DNA of 48,769 nucleotides from a virus (Duplodnaviria; Heunggongvirae; Uroviricota; Caudoviricetes): IMG/VR virus record IMGVR_UViG_2880412407_000007; one strand, 5' to 3'. Shown piece by piece: positions 25,720 to 36,632 of this stretch (position 1 is its first letter; each line of letters starts with the position of its first letter). The notes under the pieces were generated by a model. It saw only the letters and a program-made list of their open reading frames with translations, ran no database searches and was not told where the DNA came from. The position numbers and the translations under genes were made by a program.

Positions 25720-26289
25720 TCAATCCGCCTTTGTTATTTTCCCTTTGCCTGTATCAGCCAGGACAAAATCAATCAGCATATTCGCTTCATTTACCAGCGT
25801 ACGGATTTTTGATACATGCGCGGCTTTAACCTGTTTCCACTCATTCAGCCCGGTAGCAAACACACTGGCAATGTTTTTATCCCGTTTCATGTCAGCACAA
25901 GCCTGGTTGAGTTCTTCCATCACGCTCATTTTACGGGGATTAACGACAAAACCCTTCGTCCAGTACTCGTAAAGAACATCGTCGCACTCTTCCTGATACC
26001 GGATGACCTTATCGCGGATTTCGGGTTTTACTTTGTTGGGATTAATGGTTTGTAGCCAGCCGGCAAGTTTTCGAAGTGGCATGGACACCATATTGCGTTG
26101 TTTCCCATCCTCAGCAACCATAACGATTTCCGTTATAGTTGACGCAAAACGCTGTCTTAACTTAGCCAACTGTGATTGCCAGGCCAGCCCCATCCCCGCA
26201 ACGACAGGTTTCATGGGAACGTATGGTTCGCCATTATGGTTAACTACATAAAGAGAGTTGCCGTGAAACGGCACGGCCATCATATTCAT
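25720..26289 (-). CDS. phage antirepressor-like protein (AntA/Ant N-terminal-domain type), inserted between endolysin and spanins
   Basis: 189 aa; family assignment from memory only, low certainty. Confidence 0.45.
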   Translation of the reverse strand: MNMMAVPFHGNSLYVVNHNGEPYVPMKPVVAGMGLAWQSQLAKLRQRFASTITEIVMVAEDGKQRNMVSMPLRKLAGWLQTINPNKVKPEIRDKVIRYQEECDDVLYEYWTKGFVVNPRKMSVMEELNQACADMKRDKNIASVFATGLNEWKQVKAAHVSKIRTLVNEANMLIDFVLADTGKGKITKAD

Positions 26290-26559
26290 CGGTTATTTCC
26301 TTTTAGTGATGAACCTTGTCTCACAGGAATCCAGCCCACAGAAAGGCACCGACAGCCAAACCGGTATCCTCAAGGGTCATCCTGAAAGGTTCTGTGTTGT
26401 GAGATGCGCGTGAGATGCGCAGAAATGACAAAGGCATCATTACGGTGCCTGAGTGTTAAACAACTGTTTTGACTTTATTCACTTACATTTTGCCAATTTG
26501 CAGGATTTCGTGTTATCCATCCATGTAAGCAAACCTCATTTTTCAGCAAAATATTCTGC

Positions 26560-27093
26560 TTACCTGTCGATTCCCCAGCACGCCAGCGCGCTCTCCTGGT
26601 CACGACGGGATACCTGACCGTAACAGTTATTTGAGCGAATACGGCAGTCCCTGCCACCGTCCTTAATCCACCAGCGAATAGCTTCGCAGGCACCTTTTCG
26701 ATCTCCTGCATTAATCCGTCTGTAAAACGTCGACGGGAAACACTTACCGGGGCCAATGTTGTACGGACAGAATGACGCAATCCCCGCTTTCTGGGGTTCG
26801 GTCAGTGGCACTCTGATGTTTTTCTCCACCCATGCCAGCGCCTTATCACGCTCAATGGCGTTAACCCGGTCGCATTTTTCCTTCGACAGCTTCATGCCAG
26901 GAATAACAGGCTTACCATCCACCCGGGTGGCTCCACGGCAGATGGTCCAGATACCCGCACCATCACGGTATGCTGTGGTGTGGTTACCTTCCTTTTCATC
27001 CAGAAACTGGTCGAGGATTTCAGGCGCAGGCGCACCTGCGGCAATCAGCGCCAGAACGGCAGCCGACAGGCCGTATCTGATTTTTGCGTTCAT
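26560..27093 (-). CDS. R: SAR endolysin R (phage 21-type lysozyme, GH24)
   Basis: 177 aa; N-terminal signal-anchor-release segment (GLSAAVLALIAAGAPAP) then lysozyme motifs (EGNHTTAYRDGAGIWTICRGAT). Confidence 0.85.
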   Translation of the reverse strand: MNAKIRYGLSAAVLALIAAGAPAPEILDQFLDEKEGNHTTAYRDGAGIWTICRGATRVDGKPVIPGMKLSKEKCDRVNAIERDKALAWVEKNIRVPLTEPQKAGIASFCPYNIGPGKCFPSTFYRRINAGDRKGACEAIRWWIKDGGRDCRIRSNNCYGQVSRRDQESALACWGIDR

Positions 27094-27143
27094 GGATATT
27101 TATCAGGGTTTATCGATTTCAAATCCCTGGATATGTTAAGTCT

Positions 27144-27488
27144 TCAGGCCAGCGGTGGAGTCTTCAGAGAACCCGTAATTATTCCCGGTAGTTTTCCTCT
27201 GTAGGTTATCAACACATCCTGCGCCTCTAAAATTACGGGACGCTTTTCCGGTAACGGACCATCCCCTTCACATAACCCGGCAGCAACATCCATGAAAAAC
27301 TGCTTCGCCTGCTTTTTCGCCTCAGCTTCGTAAAACTCCAGCGTGGCACCTTCAGTACGGTCAAGACTAATCGCCACATGTGGCAACAACAACGACGGAT
27401 GCCCGCCAATTTCAAGTGCCACAGTAACAGCAATCTTATCCGGGTAATTATTTATCTCTTTAACAACCAGTTCGTATTTTTTCTTCAT
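27144..27488 (-). CDS. hypothetical protein (114 aa) between holin and endolysin
   Basis: ORF packed tightly between S and R; no recognisable motif. Confidence 0.4.
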   Translation of the reverse strand: MKKKYELVVKEINNYPDKIAVTVALEIGGHPSLLLPHVAISLDRTEGATLEFYEAEAKKQAKQFFMDVAAGLCEGDGPLPEKRPVILEAQDVLITYRGKLPGIITGSLKTPPLA

Positions 27489-27492
27489 CGCT

Positions 27493-27708
27493 TTAGTCTC
27501 CCCGCGCCGTCTTACGGCGGTCCTCCCTGATTTTGAAATACAGGTTAGTCAGATACGTCAGCAGGCCAAACAGCAGACTCCCCAGTACACCTATTGCCAC
27601 CCACTGGGACGGAGAGACTTTGTCCAGCAGTTGCAGTAACCAGTATCCCGTCCCTACCGCTGACGTGGTGTATGACACACCTGTTGTGATTTTTTCCATC
27701 TGGTACAT
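27493..27708 (-). CDS. S: class II holin (pinholin, phage 21 S-like)
   Basis: C-terminal 70 aa collinear with S21 (two TM segments, [17 protein letters not shown] tail). MYQM dual-start motif; the tracked ORF extends 35 codons further upstream. Confidence 0.8.
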   Translation of the reverse strand: MYQMEKITTGVSYTTSAVGTGYWLLQLLDKVSPSQWVAIGVLGSLLFGLLTYLTNLYFKIREDRRKTARGD

Positions 27709-27857
27709 ACCCCGTCTCCCGTTATCCGGAAGCTGACAACAATAAAAAAGCCACCAGTTAACTACTGATGGCTCTGATAACTCATGCAGGCGTCTCAGAC
27801 GACCCACTGACACTACCGGTGAGTTTAACGATACCTTCCATTTGACTGGCTCACTTT

Positions 27858-29720
27858 TTATGATGATGCCGGTGCATTTATCTCCAGCATCAGACTTTCT
27901 ATCTCAACGCCATACGCTGCATTTTTTGTAACATCCGTCAGCGTCAGCGCATTCAGTCCCAGTGTCAGACTGTCTTTTATAACCTGGAATGCCGGGCCAG
28001 CCACTCCATTCAGTTTCGGAGTAACCGTGGCACTGCCGGCGGTGAACACCAGCTCCAGCGTCTGCCAGTCGTTACCGTAATCGCCGAACTCCCCCAGCTT
28101 CGTGTTTCCGGCTTTCCTGTGATGCATCAGATTCACTCTGCCGTCAGTGGTCTGAGTGAAGTACGACATCAGGAACGGATTACCGGTACCCGTCATCGCC
28201 ACACCATCAGGAACGGGAGCATCCGTATACAGATAAATCCCCAGCCCGAACTGATTGTTGGTCAGTGCGCCTGACAGGCGGAACTTACAGGTCAGTCTGC
28301 CGCCCTGTGTCAGCAGGGTAATTGCGTCATCCACCGGATGCGTCAGGGACCAGGTTTTATTGCTCTGCTTGGTGATCTTAAATACACCATCTGACAACTG
28401 AATTCCGCCATCCTTAATGCTCCAGCCCTGCGCAGCAGCCTCTCCGGCTGCCGGCAGCAGGGAGATTGTGCGAACGGACGTATCTGCAGACGGACCCGAT
28501 GGCGTGTTGCCGCCGGGCGAGGGTTTGATTTCCGGTGCCTTACCACTGATGAAGGCTGAGGTGCGCCCGGCTGCGTTCAGAATAGCGGTTGCCAGACGAT
28601 CCGGAATAATGCTCCTGCGCGCCCATGAACTGAAATGTGTCGGGCGGTTTGATGATACCTGGTTTCCATTCGTTCTCGATGCCGCACCGTAATATCCTGA
28701 TGCCGGAATATCCGGATCTTCTGCCGGCGCGTTAGTGGCGGTATTGACGCCGTTACCGTCTGTCATGAAGGGCACAAAATAAACGCCCTCACTCTCCCTG
28801 TTTTTATACCCGCCGTACACGGTGTCGTACTGGGTAGCGTATGTATTTTTCCAGTAATACGTCGTGTCACCACAAATCCACGGCACATCTGCAGCACTGC
28901 CACCATGGCACTGCGCGTTAAACACGGAGAGGTCAGCACGAAACTGTGTCAGCATGGCTGTAAACAGCGCAGGTTGCTGTGCGTGGGTGGCGGCGCTCAT
29001 GTCAAACTCTCCCTGCATCCAGCACACCGCCAGCAACACATTTTTCGGGTTCTTCTGTAATGCAGCTTTGGTGCGCGCAATCAGGTCCTGATATAACGGT
29101 TTACCCACACCCCAGCGCGCCGAATCCTGGCTGGCCCCCGTGTCCGCACTGAATGTCCCCTCCGCGCCCTGGGTAAATGCCGAACCACCACGACAGCATG
29201 GTACCAGCAGGATCCCCGCGTTATTCGGGATATACGGGAGCAGTTTTTTGGCAATATGTAACCCCTGGCCGACACAGCCGTACTGCCCTTTGCTCAGGTC
29301 TGCCTTCGGATGATTCAGCGTACTCATATCCTGCACATCATGCAGGCAGTGGTCGGCCGGAATAATATCGTTATATCTGCAGGCAGCCCCACCCGGCGTA
29401 ACTGTACTGCGGCGCGCCAGCTGTTTAATGCGCGGATCCGGAGCATCGTATGAATCCGGAAGCGGAAGCCCTTCACCGTAAGCCATGGCATTGGACTGCC
29501 CGGCCAGTACGATGACGTAGTACCACTCCGGCTCAGTTGCACCACTGACGATCACATCACCTTCTGCGACAATCGCCTGAATAAGTGCTGCGCCATCATC
29601 CGTATACGAAGAAAACGGCCCGCCGTATGGTTGCCATCCTTCACGAATTTTTTGAGCAAGTGCATCAGCAAGGTCTGACGGCGACACCGCCCTGACCACA
29701 TCGTAGTGTTTAAATGTCAT
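27858..29720 (-). CDS. nanS-p: prophage sialate O-acetylesterase NanS-p-like (SGNH/DUF303 hydrolase)
   Basis: 620 aa with the [13 protein letters not shown]-hydrolase motif near the N-terminus; sits in the slot between the late-region tRNAs and the lysis genes that NanS-p genes occupy in Stx phages. Confidence 0.8.
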   Translation of the reverse strand: MTFKHYDVVRAVSPSDLADALAQKIREGWQPYGGPFSSYTDDGAALIQAIVAEGDVIVSGATEPEWYYVIVLAGQSNAMAYGEGLPLPDSYDAPDPRIKQLARRSTVTPGGAACRYNDIIPADHCLHDVQDMSTLNHPKADLSKGQYGCVGQGLHIAKKLLPYIPNNAGILLVPCCRGGSAFTQGAEGTFSADTGASQDSARWGVGKPLYQDLIARTKAALQKNPKNVLLAVCWMQGEFDMSAATHAQQPALFTAMLTQFRADLSVFNAQCHGGSAADVPWICGDTTYYWKNTYATQYDTVYGGYKNRESEGVYFVPFMTDGNGVNTATNAPAEDPDIPASGYYGAASRTNGNQVSSNRPTHFSSWARRSIIPDRLATAILNAAGRTSAFISGKAPEIKPSPGGNTPSGPSADTSVRTISLLPAAGEAAAQGWSIKDGGIQLSDGVFKITKQSNKTWSLTHPVDDAITLLTQGGRLTCKFRLSGALTNNQFGLGIYLYTDAPVPDGVAMTGTGNPFLMSYFTQTTDGRVNLMHHRKAGNTKLGEFGDYGNDWQTLELVFTAGSATVTPKLNGVAGPAFQVIKDSLTLGLNALTLTDVTKNAAYGVEIESLMLEINAPASS

Positions 29721-29908
29721 GAATCCTCCCGGGCGGGATAATGTTGTGAGTAAAATGAGGAGCGGGCTGAAGTCCGGAAGTTACAGGACAATGGCAGAAG
29801 AGAGACAACAGCCCGCAATACGAAAAAGGCCGCGCTATTGCGCAGCCTTATAAACCCTGGTTAAAATCCACACGATAAAAATGACAATGCAAGTATCTCA
29901 TGCTGTTG

Positions 29909-29963
29909 CCCGAACCTACTCGGGCTTTTTTTGCATGTAAAAAGGCTCCTGCGATGAGGAGCC
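29909..29963. terminator. back-to-back rho-independent terminators between the tRNA cluster and nanS-p
   Basis: Plus strand: CCCGAACCTACTCGGG + T7 (29909-29932). Minus strand: GGCTCCTCATCGCAGGAGCC + TTTTT (29938-29963). Confidence 0.5.
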
Positions 29964-30250
29964 TGGATATATGCCTAATCTCTGTATACAGCATGATGCC
30001 GGGTGCCTCCCGGTGAATTCTGCAATGACCAGACAGAATCCGCAACTTGCCTATACAATACGCAACCAAACATCTGTCATTATGCCCCGCCGCCCAGGGG
30101 GATTCATCATGCAGGATTTTTTTAACAAACGCTCAGCATGTCAGGCAACAGTCGACTACCTGAATTGTGAGGCATTTAACATTTCACTGTCCGGTGTCTT
30201 TCCTGTAATAAAAAGCCCGCAAAAGAGAGTCAGGGCAGATAAGTGTGGTG

Positions 30251-30327
30251 TGGCGCGTTGTACTGGATTCGAACCAGTGACCGATTGCTTAGAAGGCAAT
30301 TGCTCTGTCCGGCTGAGCTAACAACGC
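30251..30327 (-). tRNA. tRNA-Arg (anticodon UCU)
   Basis: Cloverleaf read by eye: acceptor GCGTTGT/ACAACGC, D-arm GCTC...GAGC, anticodon loop CUUCUAA, T-loop GGTTCGAATCC, 3' CCA. Confidence 0.8.
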
Positions 30328-30340
30328 ATGATGCTGATAA

Positions 30341-30417
30341 TGGACCGCCATCGGGGACTTGAACCCCGCACAGCCAGCTTCGAAGGCTGACGCTCTATCC
30401 CGATGAGCTAATGGCGG
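30341..30417 (-). tRNA. tRNA-Arg (anticodon UCG)
   Basis: Acceptor CCGCCAT/ATGGCGG, anticodon loop CUUCGAA, T-arm CGGGGTTCAAGTCCCCG, 3' CCA. Confidence 0.75.
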
Positions 30418-30426
30418 TATGTGATA

Positions 30427-30502
30427 TGGTGGCCCTTGCTGGATTTGAACCAGCGACCTGGCGATTATGAGTCGCTCGCTCTCACCACTGAGCTAAAGGG
30501 CC
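30427..30502 (-). tRNA. tRNA with CAU anticodon (Ile2/ileZ-like, or Met)
   Basis: Acceptor GGCCCTT/AAGGGCC, anticodon loop CUCAUAA, T-arm GCTGGTTCAAATCCAGC, 3' CCA. Confidence 0.75.
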
Positions 30503-30664
30503 GGGCGCAGGATAATAACGGTACGTAACTAATCCTGCAATATCATCCGTTCTGACTGACTAAATCCTGAACTTCCCTGACCGTCTGCTCAAAACGTTCA
30601 GTCTCCAGCTCAACGCCAATTGCACGACGCCCCAGCGACATTGCTGCTTTGACGCTACAGACAT

Positions 30665-30693
30665 AAAAAAGCCAGCCACTGGGGGAGGCTGGC
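30665..30693 (-). terminator. rho-independent terminator upstream of the tRNA cluster
   Basis: Minus strand GCCAGCC-N9-GGCTGGC hairpin followed by T6. Confidence 0.45.
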
Positions 30694-30873
30694 AAACTCG
30701 TAGAGCAAAATGCTGTTACGCAAACTTCGTTACAGGGTCATCCTGCAATACAAAAAATACACAATATTTAGAAAACTAATAGTGCCATGTGCAATTTTTA
30801 AGATTTTGTTATTAATTGTGGTCGCACCTTCCTTTCTGTGTACTTTCCGTATAGCTCACAGGATTCTGGGTAC

Positions 30874-30896
30874 AAAAAAACCCGCGCATCGGCGGG
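30874..30896 (-). terminator. tR'-like terminator of the short late leader transcript
   Basis: Minus strand CCCGCCGATGCGCGGG hairpin + T7, ~60 nt downstream of the candidate late promoter. Confidence 0.6.
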
Positions 30897-30944
30897 TTCT
30901 TAAATCTTATCAACGGTAGACATACAAAGCCCATCGTTGGGAAA

Positions 30945-30973
30945 ATCTTATCCATATTTTTTGAAAAATGCAA
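30945..30973 (-). promoter_or_regulatory. candidate late promoter pR' (Q action site)
   Basis: Minus strand TTGCAT - 17 nt - TAAGAT just downstream of the Q-like gene and upstream of the tR'-like hairpin. Confidence 0.35.
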
Positions 30974-31004
30974 GCATCATGTCGTCATCTTCGGCGAAAA
31001 CCAT

Positions 31005-31370
31005 TTATCTTGTCACCTTTCTCAATTGTATCTCTGCATATGCTTCTTCCTGCCAGCACTTTGTAACCAGTTTATCAATGACATCTGCATATCCTTTGTA
31101 CCACTGATAATCCGTCAGGTCTGGTACCAGCTTCTGGACATGAAGCCGCGCCAGTGTGGTTGGTAAACGGCTAAACCGGTTTCCATTGCAACGCCCACAA
31201 ACCTTATAAACAGGCGTGCCATGAAGCCGGGTTCTTTTTTCATCCAGGACAATACCTTTACCCTTGCACCCTCTGCATGCTGTGCTGACTTCTCCCTTAC
31301 CATGACAATGCTGACATAGTTCCTTCACCCACTCTTCCTTAATAACAGATTCCCCGCTTCTGGAGTGTTT
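31005..31370 (-). pseudogene. Q-like late antiterminator, C-terminal part (downstream of the IS insertion)
   Basis: Repeated CxxCxGxG zinc-finger-like motifs (CQHCHGKG, CRGCKGKG, CGRCNGNR); its frame opens immediately after the IS OrfB stop. Called Q by position (just upstream of pR'/tR'); its sequence class is not pinned down. Confidence 0.55.
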
Positions 31371-31379
31371 CTGTAGTGG

Positions 31380-33017
<1,638 letters not shown>

Positions 33018-33030
33018 GCTCGTTCTCCAC

Positions 33031-34026
33031 TTACGCCAGTACGCCAATTGCCAGCGCACGATCGATAAAACGAAATATCAGCTCCAGCTGAGAGCCATAC
33101 TTCTCTTCAAATGCCACGGTATCCGCATGCAGCTCGTCGTGATGCTTTCTGCACAAAGGCAACACAAAAAGGTCATGCGCTTTTGTACCCATTCCACACT
33201 GACCGTGGCCTATCAGGTGGTGGGGATCATCAGCGGGCTTTCCACAACATGCACACGGCTGTGTCTTAACCCAGCGCGTGTACTTTTCATTAACCCAGCG
33301 GCGACGTTTTGGGCGTAACATAAAAGACTCCGGCGACTCCGGATCCACTTTCAGCGCCAGCACCTTTTTCGCTTTATCCTGGATGATGCTGGTGGCAGGA
33401 ACCGAAGGCACAAGGTCACTTTCCCGGGTGACAGACGGCACAACAGGCTTCGGTAATCTCAGTGCCTTACGGGCTGCACTTTCCGGTAAGGCATCCGCCA
33501 GGTCATTACGAATCAGCCACCAGCACAGTTCCGGCATTGTCACAACGTGACTGTCATCAAAACCGAGATCCCGACGCACAACAGACAACACCCAGCGGGT
33601 ACAGTTATCCGTTGCCATTGATTCCAGCCGTTCCGTGAACTGATCGCGCAGCTGGTTATCGCAGTGCCAGCACAGACGGATTGCGCCCGGCGTGTGTCGC
33701 ATTGTGGTCATGTTCTCGCTGTGCCAGTCGGAATGAGGCCACTGGCAGCCTTTTTCACGAAGTAACCAGCTTTCAAGACATTCCACTCCACCAGCACGAC
33801 GAATAACTGCCTCATTGCGGAACACGGCCCGAACGGCAGGATCATCCGCCAGCGGTTGTGATGCTGCCGGAACGGCACCGCTGGCGAAAGATGAATAACG
33901 TTCCGGCTCAGGCTCCAGCAGGACACGCCCCTGCATAAACAGGGGCATCAGCTCTGAACCGGGTCTGAACAATACAATCCCCATTCGCGGGGCAATTTCA
34001 GGAGTCAACAATGCTCTCACGGTCAC
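33031..34026 (-). CDS. DUF968-type protein with C-terminal HNH-like zinc-finger nuclease motif (YdfU-like)
   Basis: 331 aa; C-terminal CACCGKPADDPHHLIGHGQCGMGTKAHDLFVLPLCRKHHDELH. Confidence 0.55.
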   Translation of the reverse strand: MTVRALLTPEIAPRMGIVLFRPGSELMPLFMQGRVLLEPEPERYSSFASGAVPAASQPLADDPAVRAVFRNEAVIRRAGGVECLESWLLREKGCQWPHSDWHSENMTTMRHTPGAIRLCWHCDNQLRDQFTERLESMATDNCTRWVLSVVRRDLGFDDSHVVTMPELCWWLIRNDLADALPESAARKALRLPKPVVPSVTRESDLVPSVPATSIIQDKAKKVLALKVDPESPESFMLRPKRRRWVNEKYTRWVKTQPCACCGKPADDPHHLIGHGQCGMGTKAHDLFVLPLCRKHHDELHADTVAFEEKYGSQLELIFRFIDRALAIGVLA

Positions 34027-34071
34027 CTCAGCGAACGATATTGCATGAACACAGGAGAAAAAATTCAGCCA

Positions 34072-34329
34072 TCACGCAGTAAACTCCTTCACCAGAGTTT
34101 CAAACTGGCTTACCTTGCCTTCCAGTTCCGCCACGCAATCCACCAGCTCATCCACCGCCTTTTGTGTGCGGTGTTTTGCCTGCAGCAGATCACGAAGCGC
34201 CGGAGTAAGCTGCTTGCGGAGCGTATCCTTTGCCACGCTCGTTTTTTCCATCTGTTCAGCACAACGAAGCATCTCCTGCGCCTGCCGACGAAGTTGTTCC
34301 GGTGAAACAGTGGTTGTTCTGTTGTTCAA
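34072..34329 (-). CDS. hypothetical protein (85 aa)
   Basis: ORF with 4-nt coupling to the upstream helicase gene. Confidence 0.4.
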   Translation of the reverse strand: MNNRTTTVSPEQLRRQAQEMLRCAEQMEKTSVAKDTLRKQLTPALRDLLQAKHRTQKAVDELVDCVAELEGKVSQFETLVKEFTA

Positions 34330-35726
34330 AATAAACGCTCCGTTTTACTACCCGACATGCGGTTATTGCTGTATCTGCGCGGATTGCCCGGCGTCATGGG
34401 AGTGGAAAGAACCCGGGCACTCTCCTGATCCACAGGCAGAAAATGCCCGTTATGAAAACGCCGGTAAATGGTACCCAGCGTGCCATTACGCTGTTTCGTG
34501 ATGTTGATTTCAGCTATGCCTCTCGCCTGTGTCTCCGGGTTGTACACCTCATCCCTGTAAAGCATCAGAATGATGTCTGCATCCGCCTCTATTTCCCCTG
34601 AGTTTTTCAGGTCCGAGTTCATGGGGCGTTTATTGGGTCTGGATTCCACGCCACGGGAGAGCTGGCTCAGAGCAATCAGCGGAAAACCGCCGGATTTTGC
34701 CAGGCTTTTAAGTCCCTTTGAGATTTCCCCCACAGCAAGGTCGTGACGCCCCGTGCTGCGGGTTTTAATCAGGCCGAGGTAATCGACCACCACCAGCGCC
34801 GTTTCCGGGTGTTTCATCCGGTGGTGCCTCGTGGTTGCACATATCTCATCAATGGTCAGGTTTGCCTGGTCCACCATCCAGATATTACGCCCCGTCATTC
34901 GTCCCACGCCCTGTGAGAAACGTGCCCAGTCTTCGTCTTCAAAACGGGCAACAGACTTAAGACGGGATACCGGCATTCCCCCTGCTGCAGACACCATACG
35001 TTCACCAATCTGGATGTTCGCCATCTCCATGGTGAACAGAAGCACGCCATGCCCCTGCTCAGTCACCTTGTCGATGATATCCAGCGCAAGTTCGGTTTTC
35101 CCCATCGAAGGACGAGCCGCAATGAATACCAGGTCGCCTGGCTCCATACCGCCCGTTTTTGCGTCCAGTTCATCAATACCGGTCATCAGCGCCCTGGATT
35201 TCTCCAGTCCCTGATTGCGGCATTCAACACGGTCGACCACTTCCGGAAGGACATCATCAATGTGAACCGGCTGAATGACGCCCTTTCCGGTCGACAGTGA
35301 GGCCATCATGTTCTGCGCATCCTTCAGGGCATCCTCGGCTGCTTCACAGGTATACGCATCACGTAAATTCTGTAATGCTTCAGTCAGTGTTTTTTCTGCA
35401 TCGCGCAGTGCGGCATTACGCCGCAACGCTGCGACATAGTGCTCCAGTGAAGACTTCACCCAGGTTTTGCGTCCGGTGTCGGTAATCACCGGGGCAAGTT
35501 CCGGCATCTCATTGCACAGCAGTACGGGGTCAATGACGCCGGATACACGGGCCTGTCTGCAAATTCCCGCGTAAATATCCCGGTACTGTCGTGCAGAAAA
35601 AACGTCCGCCGACAATGTGGCCAGAATATCCATCACTTCCGGATCAGCCCCACGCAGAAAAAACGCGCCAATGACAGCGCCTTCCAGGTCATCGTTACGC
35701 CATGCCGGGGTGTTCTGGCTGGTCAT
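34326..35726 (-). CDS. replicative DNA helicase (DnaB family)
   Basis: 466 aa; Walker A (AARPSMGKTELALD), Walker B (VVVDYLGLI) and DnaB N-terminal domain. Confidence 0.85.
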   Translation of the reverse strand: MTSQNTPAWRNDDLEGAVIGAFFLRGADPEVMDILATLSADVFSARQYRDIYAGICRQARVSGVIDPVLLCNEMPELAPVITDTGRKTWVKSSLEHYVAALRRNAALRDAEKTLTEALQNLRDAYTCEAAEDALKDAQNMMASLSTGKGVIQPVHIDDVLPEVVDRVECRNQGLEKSRALMTGIDELDAKTGGMEPGDLVFIAARPSMGKTELALDIIDKVTEQGHGVLLFTMEMANIQIGERMVSAAGGMPVSRLKSVARFEDEDWARFSQGVGRMTGRNIWMVDQANLTIDEICATTRHHRMKHPETALVVVDYLGLIKTRSTGRHDLAVGEISKGLKSLAKSGGFPLIALSQLSRGVESRPNKRPMNSDLKNSGEIEADADIILMLYRDEVYNPETQARGIAEINITKQRNGTLGTIYRRFHNGHFLPVDQESARVLSTPMTPGNPRRYSNNRMSGSKTERLF

Positions 35727-36631
35727 GCGGCAACACCTCCGATACGAGAACGGTAGCTGGGCCAGTTAAACGACAACCAGTTGCGCCCGCCATTGGTGAT
35801 CCTGTCGGCAATCCGGGGACTGATGAACGCCCACAATTCTTCCGGTGAAAGGTTGCTGATCAAGATAGTTGGCAAAATACCCTCATACCGGGCATTGATA
35901 ATTTCCTGCAAAATGGCCATTTCAGCCGCACTGCCAAACTGAACGCCGACTTCGTCGATGATCAGCAAATCCAGTGACGCATAATGCTCAATGACGTCAT
36001 CCGCTGTTTTTTCACTGTCATTCCGCCAGCAGTTTTTCACAGCACGGGTAAGGCGCATCACGTCGGTGATCTCCACACTGGCCAGATAGTTACGGATGAT
36101 GTGTTTTGCCATTGATACCGCCAGATGATTTTTCCCGGTACCGCAACTGCCGGTCATAACAAGACTGGTACCGTTCTCCAGCATATCTGGCCAGTTCTCC
36201 GCATAGCGGCGACAGGCCGCAAGATTTCTGGCTGCGTCAGGATTAACCTCCAGATAATTATCAAACTCGCAGTCCCGAAAACGCAGAGCAATTCCGGCGT
36301 TATCAGTCAGTTCTTCCGCCTTGAGGGACGACAGTTCCATGGTCAAATCACTGGCCTCAGCGATCAAGCAGTCAGGGCAGCATGAAATTTTTTCTCTGTC
36401 CTCGCCATTACGATCGATCCACACCAGTATATGCGTACGATATTTACCGTGTTTTTCGCAATATCCGCGACCTTCACGCATCAGGCAGGAACGATAAGGC
36501 CATGGCTTTTCGCCCTTCTGAGCAAATGCAATCTCTGCCCGTAACTCATCCATTTCTGCCCGTAACTCATCCATTCGCGCCTGTAGTCTTGTTTGTTTCT
36601 CACGTTGGTCAATCGTCATCATCGCTGTCAC
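35723..36631 (-). CDS. DnaC/IstB-like AAA+ helicase loader
   Basis: 302 aa; Walker A GSCGTGKNHLA, Walker B LLIIDEVG. N-terminus has an in-frame 21-bp tandem duplication (MDELRAE x2) at 36533-36574. Confidence 0.8.
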   Translation of the reverse strand: MTAMMTIDQREKQTRLQARMDELRAEMDELRAEIAFAQKGEKPWPYRSCLMREGRGYCEKHGKYRTHILVWIDRNGEDREKISCCPDCLIAEASDLTMELSSLKAEELTDNAGIALRFRDCEFDNYLEVNPDAARNLAACRRYAENWPDMLENGTSLVMTGSCGTGKNHLAVSMAKHIIRNYLASVEITDVMRLTRAVKNCWRNDSEKTADDVIEHYASLDLLIIDEVGVQFGSAAEMAILQEIINARYEGILPTILISNLSPEELWAFISPRIADRITNGGRNWLSFNWPSYRSRIGGVAA

Positions 36632-36632
36632 C

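Noticed and set aside
27709-27813. 35-codon N-terminal extension of the holin ORF
   Set aside because: S21-type pinholins start at the MYQM dual-start motif; the extension has no TM segment and overlaps the upstream intergenic region.
29721-30250. Looked for stxA/stxB or remnants between the tRNAs and nanS-p
   Set aside because: Only ORFs of 73 and 116 aa with no AB5-toxin features and two terminator hairpins are present; the space is too short for stx genes.
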